Position numbers and translations under genes: made by a program. A stretch of DNA of 64,000 nt from NCBI GenBank assembly GCA_051294905.1, contig CM119378.1, forward strand, positions 7,440,001 to 7,504,000, read 5' to 3'. The stretch is from Botryllus schlosseri (lineage: Eukaryota). Under the pieces are notes generated by a model. It searched no databases. It was not told the origin of the DNA and was given only the letters and a program-made list of their open reading frames with translations. Positions 25,030 through 37,100 of the stretch are shown piece by piece. The first letter of the stretch is position 1. The number at the start of each line of letters is the position of its first letter.

Positions 25030-25625
25030 GCGTACGTTCAAACAGGAAGCTGATCTGATTGTTGTATTAGACACATTAACGCATATACTTGAAACCCTAC
25101 TGAATAGATATAACATTGATGAATTTGCAAAATTTTCACACCTCCTATTTTTCAACTCCATTCTTTTCTCGGCTATGTATCGGCCGTTTGCTTGATATAG
25201 TTTCGTGATTTTGTCACCTTGCAGAATCAACTGCATAATGGTAGTCAGTGGTAGTCTGAAAAACAAGCGAATTCTTAGCCGAGACAAGCAACAATTTTTA
25301 GAATGCAAAACATTGTATTTACAATACAATTCACTCAGATATAGGCCTAACATATGAAACGATGTCATTCCACTGTCCTGATACATGCTTTCATTAAACT
25401 GCTCCAGCATGCATTTCGTAGGTTTGAAGTCGGTACAGCAAACATTTTGTACGAGGGTATCACAAACCTTGACACCAACCAGCGATAGAATAGTAACAGA
25501 TCATCCTGTATTTTTAGATGATCTCCAGATTCGGTCTGAAAAAGCTTATTGATTTTGTTGAATTGTTGCAAGATTGGTGTCAAAAACTGCAAATACAACT
25601 TGTTAACAGGCTCACCATACATGTT
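25030..25625 (-). pseudogene. Decayed hAT-like transposase fragment
   Basis: The minus frame reads MYGEPVNKLYLQFLTPILQQFNKINKLFQTES...DDLLLFYRWLVSRFVIP, which resembles hAT transposase C-terminal regions by recall. Frameshifted downstream. Confidence 0.55.
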
Positions 25626-26071
25626 TGATAAAAAATCAAACAAGACCAAAAACAAGCAACCCGCGACTCCTGAAAATAAACCGCGAATCGCGAAAACGAC
25701 AAGCCCAAATTCGCGGGAAAACCGCGAGGTTGGCAACACTGATGGTAGTATTACAGGCTTGCGACGTTTCGAGTCGAGTATTTCGAGTATCACTCATTAT
25801 GACGCCACAACCGAATGTACTATATGGAAGTTCATATATATATCTTTGTTTTATGCCACCGCAAAGAACATAATGCCTGTTATCCACCACATTTAAGGTA
25901 CTTTCGTATTTTTCTCGACCGTACCGATTTCAATGCACTTCTTGACAATGTTGTGAGATGATCATGACTTCGGAAATGTGTTATTTCCGGTAACGTTCGT
26001 AGCTTTTTACTATATCTCGTATGCTGCGACACGGCCAATCAAGGTTTCAAGACTTCCTCAATAGGTAATAG

Positions 26072-28893
26072 CAGTGGCGGCTCGTCCTATAGGGCAACTG
26101 GGGCATTGCCCCACCTAAAATTCTGTTCAATAACAATTTAACCATTTATAGAAGCACAGCGCTCAATATATATCGAGATCACAGCGAAACCCGCGTTCTT
26201 CTTGTGCTTTCGCTTGCAAATGCCCATACATAGCGAAGTCTCCGCGAAAATCGAATTCTCTTCTGTGTTTTCGCTTTGTGAATGCCTAGCCGGGGCTTGC
26301 CCCGGTAGCGCTCAAACAAGCTTTCACTATCTATTCTCTCAAAGCTGCGCACAATTAAGAAACGTTGCTTTACTCTCTCCTATTCGTAAAATGGCCGAGC
26401 AACCGGGGCAAATATGCTTGCTCGCCCCTAAGGTGTGATGTAACAATCGTATCTATATCTGAACTCGGATACCGTGATATGCGTTGAGTCGACCGTTGCT
26501 GGTACAGGTCGATTTTGATGGTGTTTCACACCATGATAATTCTTGAAACTTGGTATGTCATGTCGTGATGGTGGTATTTAACACTGTCCTAAGTTTCAGG
26601 GTTTCTACTCAAAGTTTAGGGTAGTAATTCCGTTTCCAAAGTCGAGTGTGTGCTGATCGGTCATGTATCGCAAACAGTGGCGGCTCGTGACAATATCGGG
26701 TGGTGGGGAAAGGGCTGCGAGCGACTTTTATCAACATGACGTCACAATGGCGTTTTCCAACGTAAAAAAGTAACTTTATGATGGTCACATGAATTTCCCG
26801 ACAACAGTGATTTTAACGTAGGTGCCGCGAGAGGTTTGCCGGTGAGCCGTGACTTGAAGTGTGGTAACAAATGTTTTATTCATTTATTTTTAATCAAAGG
26901 ATTATTTTACAAAATGTACGTGAACTAAGAATCGTCCCTATGCCACGAATCAAGTATCAGGTCATCCTTAGTAGCATGCGTTTTGATTTCATGGTAGAGT
27001 TATAGATTACGCAAATCGATAGACCCTAAAATCCGACCGTCACCCCAAATTCGAAATCCGGATCCAGTCCGGCCAGGTAAAAAAACATTGAAATCCTGCT
27101 CCGGCTCCTGAACCGGACTGTGGCCATCTCTGGTTACGACCAGGTGATAATAGGCAACCAAAGCGGAGGCACCCGGCGTACGATTGGATCAATAGACTGG
27201 ACAACTTCTAGACCTCTCATTTTCGCTCTATCGCAAACATATTTCACGCAAAGCCGGTATTGGTCTCCATTGATTTTAACGATGCTCCTTAGCTAGATCC
27301 GTCATGAACTTTTACATGGTATGTCTTGATTTTAGTATCGAACGCTGTGCCAAGTCTCAAGGTTGACACTCAATGATTAGGGCAGCAATTTCGTTATTAA
27401 GTTCGAGTATGGTAGAGATGTGCGCTGATCTGACACTTAGCCTACCTAACGCATTGCGGATTTCACGCAAAAGCCGGTGTATCTGTGTTCCATACTGAGA
27501 TAGGTGATGAGATGATGATATCATGAAACAGTTTACTAACATCCTCGGTTTGCATTCAACTATTTAGTTTTATTTTATATTCTCCAATGTCAATTTCACC
27601 GTGGAATGGTGGCCTTCGGGCCATTTGCTCACAATTACAACCCCTGTCAAGCGCGATAGCTGTTTCGTTTTCGATGGCGGCTAACAGCTGATCGCTTGAT
27701 CAGCCGATTCCTCAGTAAATATTACGCAAAATTCGGCGTTGATCTGTTCGTATTAATTTTGACAGTGTACCATACCGAAAACGGTCATGAGGCTATACTT
27801 CTCGATGATTTCATGTAACAGTGTACCAAGTTTTCGGCTTTCATCCACGTATTTATTCGGTAATATATTTTCCGAAGGCGATTTTGCAGCAGACATATAG
27901 ACACTATAGACCGTAAGCCGTATGTGTCGTGTGACAGTCTCCAGCCTCAAGGCCAGAATCTCCCAAGCTGTACCGGGACCGAATTTCCGAGGCTGCTATC
28001 CGTAGTTCTTCAGAATGATGTTTTGGATTCAATATGACATTTCCTTGTCCAATCTATGAGATAACAATTACGTATGTGTCCGAACTCGTTGACCTTTCCA
28101 GTTAGGCATACGCAATCTCTCGATTTATAGTCATTTCCATTTCTGCAGATAAGTAGTCAGGTCAAGTGCGAACATGAATCGTGTTGAATCTTTGCTCCGT
28201 ACGCCGTTTAGCCAGCTGCCTTTAGAGCAAAAATTAGAGGTAAAGCGACTAGGTCCGTATCAGCCTAGAAATTGCCCATTGATCCAATCGTACGCCGGAG
28301 GAAAACGCACTCGTGCCTTTTCTTCAGAGCATTTCGATAAAAATAAATGGCTTACTTATGGCGAGGATAAAAACGCCTTGTTTTGCTTTTACTGTCTTTT
28401 ATTCGACAGTGCCGGTACCGGAAGCAGTGGCTCTTGTTGGAACAAAATTGGTTATCGCGATCTGAAGCATTTGTCAGAGCGTCTGAAAACGCACCAAAAA
28501 TCCCAAGAGCACATGGCTAGTGCAGTTAAATATAAATTGTTTGGCAGAGTAAATGTAATGTCGCAGCTCAATGAAAGTTATCGCGTATCAGTCTGCAAGC
28601 ACAATGAGCTTGTAGATAAGAATAGGCATGTTCTCTCTCGGGTGATTGATGCCATTAAATTTATTGGAGTTCATGAATTGCCCCTTCGAGGCCACGATGA
28701 ATAAAACATTTGTTACCGCACTTCAAGTCACGCCACCGGCAAACCTCTCGCGGCACCTACGTTAAAAATCATTGTTTACGGGAAATTCATGTGGCCATCA
28801 TGAACGTTGAAAAACGCTACTGTGACGTCATATCGATAACAAGTCGCTTGCGGCCCTTGCCCCACCACCCGATATTGTCACGAGCCGCCACTG
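26072..28893 (+). mobile_element. Internally deleted hAT transposon
   Basis: TIRs CAGTGGCGGCTCGT / ACGAGCCGCCACTG; TSD GGTAATAG/GGAAATAG (7/8); contains a transposase N-terminal fragment. Confidence 0.85.
28174..28704 (+). pseudogene. Truncated hAT transposase N-terminus (TTF-type zinc finger, ZMYM1-like family)
   Basis: 176-aa ORF with WLTY...ALFCFYCLLF...W.K.GY.DLKHL...H.KS.EH, ending HELPLRGHDE* at the junction with the element's right end. Confidence 0.85.
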
Positions 28894-29629
28894 GGAAATA
28901 GTATCAAAATTCAAAACTATCATTCTCGTTAGTAAATTAACTTTCGGTTGCGAGGAGCGTATAACTCCGGTACTCGAAAAAATCGTCTTTCACTACTTGA
29001 CTCGAATCATAAAAATTAATGCTCGATTCCGATACGAGTACTCGAATCATTGTGCCAAGCCCTACTTGCGAGTCGCTCTAATACTATTTATTTAGCTTTT
29101 ACACAGTCTATTTGTTAAGTCTGACGTTTTATGACATCACCCTTCTGTGACGTCATGGAACCCGCATACCGACGGACAGTTAGCGACCGGCGCCTATGCA
29201 TGATCAATGATCATTGATCATTGATCAAAACCTCTCGTAAATTATGTAGGCCTGCAACTTCGGCCACTAACTAGGAGATGTATCAGACGCTTGCTTGCCT
29301 CTCATTGCTCCAGGCCTGGTGCGATTGAATGTACCGTACATAAAGGTCAGTAGCTGCGTAAACATTGAAGACTAGACTAACCGTCCTCTGTCACTGCAGT
29401 AACAAATCATTTGTTATACGGTGTTCATTTTAAACTGATTTTAATACCATTAGCTTACTTAACAAAATTCCGAATGTTTTTAGGCTACTTCTAATTGAAA
29501 CTTGTCCTTGGAGAATGTGGTTCATAGAACAGACGAAGTTCAATGAATAAGATTGTCGATGTGTTTTACGTAAAATAGACCGATGTTTTTTCAACATGGT
29601 TCATACCGAGAAGTGTTCCTCACAATGAC

Positions 29630-29889
29630 CAGAGGTTGTCAGTAACGAAGTACTTCTACTTTTTGAACTACTTGAAGTAGATTTCGCCTACTCACACTAC
29701 TTTTTAAGTAGTTATGATTTTAGACTACTTCTACTTGACAGTTTTCTGTTTTGTAGGCATAAATAAGCGTAGAATACCTACTTACTTACTTACTTGTGAA
29801 CCACCACTCCTACTTCTACTTGAGTAGAAATTCCGGCGTTACTTCTACTTCTACTTGAGTAGCGACGGTGACTACTTTGACCACCTCTG
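29630..29889 (+). mobile_element. Family F MITE (short derivative)
   Basis: Ends CAGAGGTTG.../...CCACCTCTG; perfect TSD ACAATGAC (29622-29629, 29890-29897). Confidence 0.9.
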
Positions 29890-30933
29890 ACAATGACCAA
29901 AATAAATGTGGCATTTTGAACCGAAAAAGAATACTAACTGAGGAACTGAGTTGTCTGAGCAGTCTATAGAACAAAAATACATTGTTATCGATAGATTGCT
30001 CATAGTCTAAGACAGCGGTTCTATGACTTTTTTGGATGCGCCCCCCTTTATGATAGTAAAGAATTTTGCGCCCCCTTATTGTTATATCGCAAAATAATAA
30101 AACAAGCCGTCAGGACCCTAGAAATCTCAACGGTTAGTATTATGGCATGGAAGGTTATGGTTATTGATAGGAGAATACTCAAATTTGAAATTCGTGCTAT
30201 ACACAAAGCAGAAACTATGAGTTGGAGGTACGAGCGTGCCAACCGCGAAAAATCTTACAGTATACTGCGGCTTCGCCCCCCGCCCCCTTTAGATACCTCC
30301 ACGTCCCCCAAGGGACGGTCAATTTCTTGGTGATGGAAGAGTGGAAGATTAGTAAAACTAGGCTTCACAATCGTTTAATTACTCCAGTTACTCCTATGGG
30401 TCACACCGGCGTGTATATAACATGTACGTACATTGCACAATCTGTGCATGGACCCTTTACAGGTAGCCTACATTTTGGTTGACATCGATTAGTATGATTG
30501 ATAGGAAATGAAAATTGAAAATTTCCCTTTGAGTTACGCGTCAATCTACATTTCTGACTCGTGGAATCAAGTAATAGAACAAGTTGATTTGAGTCTTTAC
30601 TTGAGTCACCCCATTACTACTCCTTACCTCTACATTTCAAGATGTTACAATCTATGCAGTATTTGGTCATTGTGGTACCACTGGTAGGCATATGTGTACG
30701 AGAGTTATCTTTGTCGTACTTTCTACTGCGATCAAGTCTGAAGGAGCACTTCAGTTGATTAACTCTTACTCTTGGTCAGTGTAAGATTCCCGGTCTGGTC
30801 ATACATGTTGAGTAGTGCTACGTAAGTTTATCAGACACTGGTGAATAATACGAATTGATGGATTTCAGTTATTTTAAATCAAGCCATTTTATATGAAAAT
30901 TCAACATCAGAAATACTTTCTAAAACATTGTAG

Positions 30934-31137
30934 ACATTGCAGAGCAAGGGTCATGTGAACCAATAACTGAAGAAACACTGCAACAGAAAAACTACATGAC
31001 TACAAGTTGTAACACAGCAGCAAATAGTCAATGTACCTTCACATGCAAACAACATTTCGCGACCGATCTCCGAACCAGTGAAGTAACACTGACATGCACA
31101 GATGGAACTTGGGATGCTGATCTTCACAAATGTGAAG
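30934..31137 (+). CDS. Six-Cys sushi/CCP exon 1
   Basis: SCEPI...TSCNTAANSQCTFTCKQHF...LTCTDGTWDADLHKCE; phase 1-1. Confidence 0.85.
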
Positions 31138-34100
31138 GTGGGTCATTTTCCTTGGCTGCATGTATTTAACATTTTGTTTTCATTCCAGCGCTTTCTAGCT
31201 TTAGGAAAGGAGAATGCTATGTTTGTATAGTAATATGAATTGGTCATTACTGGACGTTAGGGTTCTTTAAACATCTTTTCTAATAACTTTGTCAGATTTT
31301 TGCTGCTATTAGCTAAAATTGTTAGGTTTGTAACGTTGCACACCAAATATGACTGAATTCCGACTGGTAGAAGTAAAACTATCAGAGCTGGAAAAATTTG
31401 AATTTATCATGAAAAATAATTTTTTCAGTTTTGCTGGGCTAACCCATGAAATAGTTAAGTTGACTACAAAAACTATGCAAAACAAATTCGACTCAGTTCC
31501 AGCCCGTAGAATTGACTGTTGACATGACTTTGATCATGACATGACATGACTTTTACCAATATTGAATGTTGGCACTCCGTGAAAACAGCCCCGAAATTCC
31601 TAAGGCTATCTTTCGTATTGGGGGATCAAACTACTTCTACTTGACAAACTGAAAATAGGGAAAAGTAAGTAAGTAGATCACAAAATATTATGAAGTAGAA
31701 GTAGAGACAATTAGATCTACTTGAGTAAGTACCAGAAGTAGAGAAAAACTACATGAGTACTTCCAAAAAGTAGAAATACTTTGTTACTGACCACGTCTGG
31801 CATCAAGTATGCCCTCCTCTCCAACACCAAAGAGATATATGGTTACCCAACTGAAAAACAATAAGCTTCGATCTTAGGCATTCTGTTTTCTCTGTTATTT
31901 ATACAGGAATTATCAATTCATTTCCATAAGAACCCTTTTGTGCTTTTATGAAATCAAGCCTTTGAGCATATGGCTAGGTTTGTCTAAATCTTGAATATTA
32001 TGATAAATTTTCGGGTTTACAAGATGGTGTGATACAATGTCTAGACCAAAAGCTGTCGAAACATAAATTTTACTACTCAAACAGTCCTGTCACATCTACC
32101 TAGGATAGTACTGAAACAGGAGTCTCCCAAGAGATTATAATCATGTGCATAGTGCAGTTATGCACATGATCGATTCTTCAATAAGCGTGGTTTCTTTGAA
32201 CCTGTAATTAAAATGTTATATCAGCAATCAAGTACGAGACATTTAATAAATTGAAGGCAATATCAGAGTGTCGAGAGTATCAGAGTACACGACAGGTACA
32301 GCGACATAGTCGACACCGATTTCTTGATGAGTTGAAATTGACTCGGAAATTTTGGTCCGAGTCCAGAGTCAATCCACATTTTTGAAACGCCGAATCAAGT
32401 CATTTTTGCGAACCAAGTAATCTGAAAAATTGGACAGACGTGAGTCGTCCCAATACTGATACATAGGCCTTCTTGTCATTGCAAAAGCCACTATCTCGTT
32501 AAGAATTAGAATATATGATGGCGAGACTTGATAAAATTCAATTTTAAACCACTCATATAACAATTATTTCGGTGTGCACAGCGAAAATGATTATCTCCCA
32601 AGTCAGTATATGCATAGTGCATGTTTAGTGTTGTTCGGGAGAACGAGGGTGATACTTTTTCATTGCCGGATCACAATGTTAGGTCATGACGAGATGCTGA
32701 AATTTGCAACTGGAATAGTTGAAATTTCAAATTGTAATAACTTCTCTACTACTGGTTGGAATAGAACTAAATCTTGTGTCCCATATTATTTTAGGCAACT
32801 ACCGTAAATATTTCCCCAGGTATCCGGCCAAATTAAAAAAAATTATTTTCAACAGCCTCAACAAATAAGCTTGATCTGGGTGATGTCATAAGAAAAAATT
32901 GTTTTAGAAAGATATATTTTTAGAGATCAAATGCCCAGCCTAAACGTTGCGAGACCCCGATCATTACAATGTTACCTCCTGTCCTGGTGATTCAAAGATT
33001 GGATCAAGCTGTTCAATCACATGCAAAACAGGTTATAAATTGCAGTCCGATACTGAAATAAAGGCGTGGACAGCAACTTGCAAAAATCATGATGATGGGA
33101 TACCTGCCTCTTGGAGCTTGGGTTCAGCACCATCCTGCGAGGCTAAGAGAATAATGAAATGAAAAAAATGAGTCTTGTATCGAATATATCAAAAATAAAG
33201 ATTATTCTAATGACCTATTTAAAGTGTCTGTATCTCAATTTTAAAATTCTTTTCACATGAAAAATTATCATAAATCCAATTATCCAAGTCTACACAAATA
33301 CATTTCAATCAGACTGCCGCCTTGAAATCACTTTATTATTAATGACTGTAGCAACGTCAAGCTGGCATAGCAACCAATAATGAAGTTGGAGTCGTGCAAA
33401 TCCATCTGGTACATGTAAACCAGACAGACTTCCATGGATAGGCGTAGGAAAGCATATTCAACAGTTAAGGAGCATTTTCATATCATACTTGGGTGTAGAT
33501 ATCCAGGCAAACCACTGCTTTCTGATGGAAGTGCGTCCTGGCAGAATTTGGAAAGATGTCAAAGTCACAAGAGCCCTCCCATTCTACTTATCTGCTAGAT
33601 CATTGATTCACAACGGTGTGCAGGAATATGATTCATTACCTTTTGCCAGATGCTTGTATGACTATGAACCAGACTTTAGATTTGGGTCTTATACAGGACT
33701 GTGGCAAACATTTATTTTTTTCATGCGCTGCTGCATATTGGCAGTGATTACCAAACTTTTTGGGTTTTGACACGCTGGAAATATCATATATCGCTGGAGG
33801 CGCACTTACAAGAAAGTTGATTAAAAAACTATCCATGAGTTAATGCAACAGGCTATACTTGTTTATACAAACATTTATTCGACTGAAATAATGTATAATT
33901 GTTGACAAACATGCCCGCATTTTATCGTTTTCCAAGCATTGTCTCCCAGTTATGGCTTTTTATTCAAGTCAAAACCAGAAAAAATAACTCACATACCCAT
34001 TACGAGGCAAATGACAACAAATTGATTGCAGTCGTCATGGAATAGGATTTGGATGAATGAGACATCCGAAACTTTTCGTGACAACAGCATTTCAAAAAAC

Positions 34101-37100
34101 ATGTCTTCTAGTAAATCAATGGGCCCTTCATCTTCTGCAAAATATTTGCTCGATTTATGGCTTCCAAATGGATTGATTGATTTTTTTACAGCAAATCCTG
34201 AAAAGAATTGTTGCAGTGTTAAGTTTAATTCCAGACAACGTGCTCAAGATTTGCGGCATCATTTCTAATTCATGATTTGATTTGAAACGAATCAAAGAAT
34301 TTTATTCAGACATCGCCGCCCAATTATTGTGGGGACATTACTCTATTCATCGGCTATGCCATAATTGGTTTCATGAACACATCTGCTTATATATCCACTG
34401 AAGAAGTCACATCTGCTTGTCTGCAAGCCTTAACCTCAATGTTATTACAGTATTTTTCTAAAATCCCAGAAATACTCGCGGCACACCTGAGAATCGGCGG
34501 TGGCACCCAGTTTGAGAATCCCTGCCTTATCTGGTCAATTTTACAAAATGAATACAAAATAAATTGTACTCACTGCTGAAAATTATGTTCAAAAGTAGTC
34601 CGAAGTACTCGATAGCACAAGTCAGAAAACTGCCATGGATCATAAATTCTTTTTCGACAGCTATCAAGTGTCAACCCTTTGCCCTGCGAGATAGCCATCA
34701 ACATTTGAATGAATATTGTACTGGAACACAACCAGTTGCATCACAATGTCGCATCGGATGTCAGGCAAATTACAGATTTTCTGACGCTGCTTTTCGCGAT
34801 CAATCAAGTATCACTGTAAGTTGTCAGTTGGATGCCGATCGAAATACCGCATCTTGGAGTAGAGACCCAATGGAAACTTCTTGTGAAGGTCTCGTATATA
34901 GAACTGCTATACATGGAGGACAAGTATCTCATCTTGTTTTCTTATATATTGATAGAAGTGAAATGCCGTTCCAAATACGTTCCTGTGGAAAAAAACTACG
35001 AAACACTAGGATGTTCTGAAGGGCATGTTGACGGCTCATGCCGACTCACATGCAAGGAGGGATACATAGTTGCTTCCAATTTAATTGAGTGGACTGCTTC
35101 TTGCAATTTTATCGCAAACAGCATTAGTACTGCAATTTGGAACTTGGAGAGTGCGCCTGTTTGTGAAGGTGAGATAGCAAATATGCAAATCTGGTGATTA
35201 CAAGGTTTTGGCTGGATTGTGAGTGCTATAGCGAGAACTTGTCAATTACCGCAACTGTGTCACAGATAACCATACTTGTAGTTTATGAACTATACTGAGC
35301 CATGAATAAATTAAACAAAATTCTGCTTATTGTCCCTCAATGTGTGCACTAAACTTCAAATGTTAAAGCAGGCCCTGGCGGTTCATGTGTGTTCGATTTT
35401 TTTTGTTTAATTGACGATCTCCGGGCATATCACAATCAGAGCTGGATCAATTACATTAATTCAGTTCAATTACAATTACTCCCATGCATGCTTCAATTAC
35501 ATTACAGTTATAATACTCCATGCTAAAAATATCAAATTACTATTACTGTTAAACATGTAATTGATTAATCATAAATTCAACTTCGATAGAGTGGTGCTCT
35601 TCAGGTTCATTTTAATATGAATAAACTATTCAATTGTATACTGAAGTTCTGTACCTCCGAGAAGCTCTTTGACAACCAGAGCGATGTAATTGGAAACAAT
35701 CACAAGCTTTACATGTTTCATTCATGACATATAGAGTACACTTTAATTCGAAAAAACTGTAACGTTTTCGAAATATTCATAATCATGAGTACTGTAAAAT
35801 ACAAACACAGAAAAAATTTTAAAGTGACTGTTAACAACCAAACGTTTGAACGACTGGCAACGACTAACAACGAATAGGTTACAAGACAGGCAATGAAATG
35901 TAATCATACGAATACGCTGAGCTGAGTAAGGCAAATGAAATGTAATTGGTAAGGCATCAGCGATAAGGATGATAGATAAAGTGTGTAAAAATGAAGTAAA
36001 TGCAAAAGGAATGACGCTCCTGATAACTACAAATTACAAAATTGGGGCTCGTATTTACATTTTCACTTGCTCAAAAACTGTCGGATTGCATTTGATGAAC
36101 ATTAGGGTGCGAAAAGTTTCTGGTCCCAGTATATTTGGCTAAGATTAGGGGTGAGATTGGGAGAACATCTCTTCAAATGCGTGATCAAGTTTGATGAAGC
36201 CTTGGTTGAAAACTTGAATTTCTTTTTGCAATTGTTGCAGCAAGCCTCAGGACTGGTCAAAGATCTTAAAAAAAAACTCAGTGGTGTGAGTAATGGTTGA
36301 GCTCAGGTTTCGGAACTGTTTATTTGCTGTTCATCCATTTTTGAAGTATTAAGATTTAGACCATATTGTAATTTACTAACTTTTCTGTTGCTACTGAAGT
36401 ATGGGAAACTGTTCAGCATGGCTGAATTATTTAGTTAACGATGCACGCATAGCACACCTATGTAAATAGGCCTCATTATTTTATGTTGTGATTGTCAGGT
36501 TTCAATAACAATGCGCTGTAATTGAAATTGTAATTTGGTAAAATTTTTATAAAATTACAATTACAATCACAATTACACAAAATATAAATGCTCTAATTTA
36601 AATTACAATTACATGGAAAATGTAATTTATTACATTCAGCTCAATTACAATTAGCAATTGATCCAACTCTGATCACAATCATATCAAAATGGTAAGATTG
36701 AAGAGTAATCGAACGAATTTTACTGATAGGCCTTGTGTTATTGAAATTTTTGTCAACATTTTCATTGAGATCTTCAACATACCATCTTGCTTACTATGAG
36801 GACAGCTAGGTGGTTGATGCCAGGGAGCGTTTGATCCCAATAAACTATTGTATGTTATGGTAGAATATACTGCCAAAATCTATACTCGGCATGTTCTCGA
36901 TAGTCAACCATAGTCTAACCTGATTTGTAATAGCGTTCTCACATGTAATACTCACCTTGCTATGCAATCCTTGACTTTTTTTAGGGAACACAACAAGATT
37001 TCCAGAGAATATTTCCAAATCAGCTATTTTCAATTTCGGTAAATTAACTTGAGTGATCTGAAAAAACTGTCCTCCTTTTCCGATTCCAAAATATGGTAGC

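Larger units (their letters stand above)
25767..29064 (-). mobile_element. Family D MITE split by a hAT insertion (pieces 25767-26071 and 28894-29064)
   Basis: The two pieces join colinearly to the reverse complement of the 21859-22383 copy. One TIR end (GCCAAGCCCTA) is intact at 29064; the other end is missing. Confidence 0.8.
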
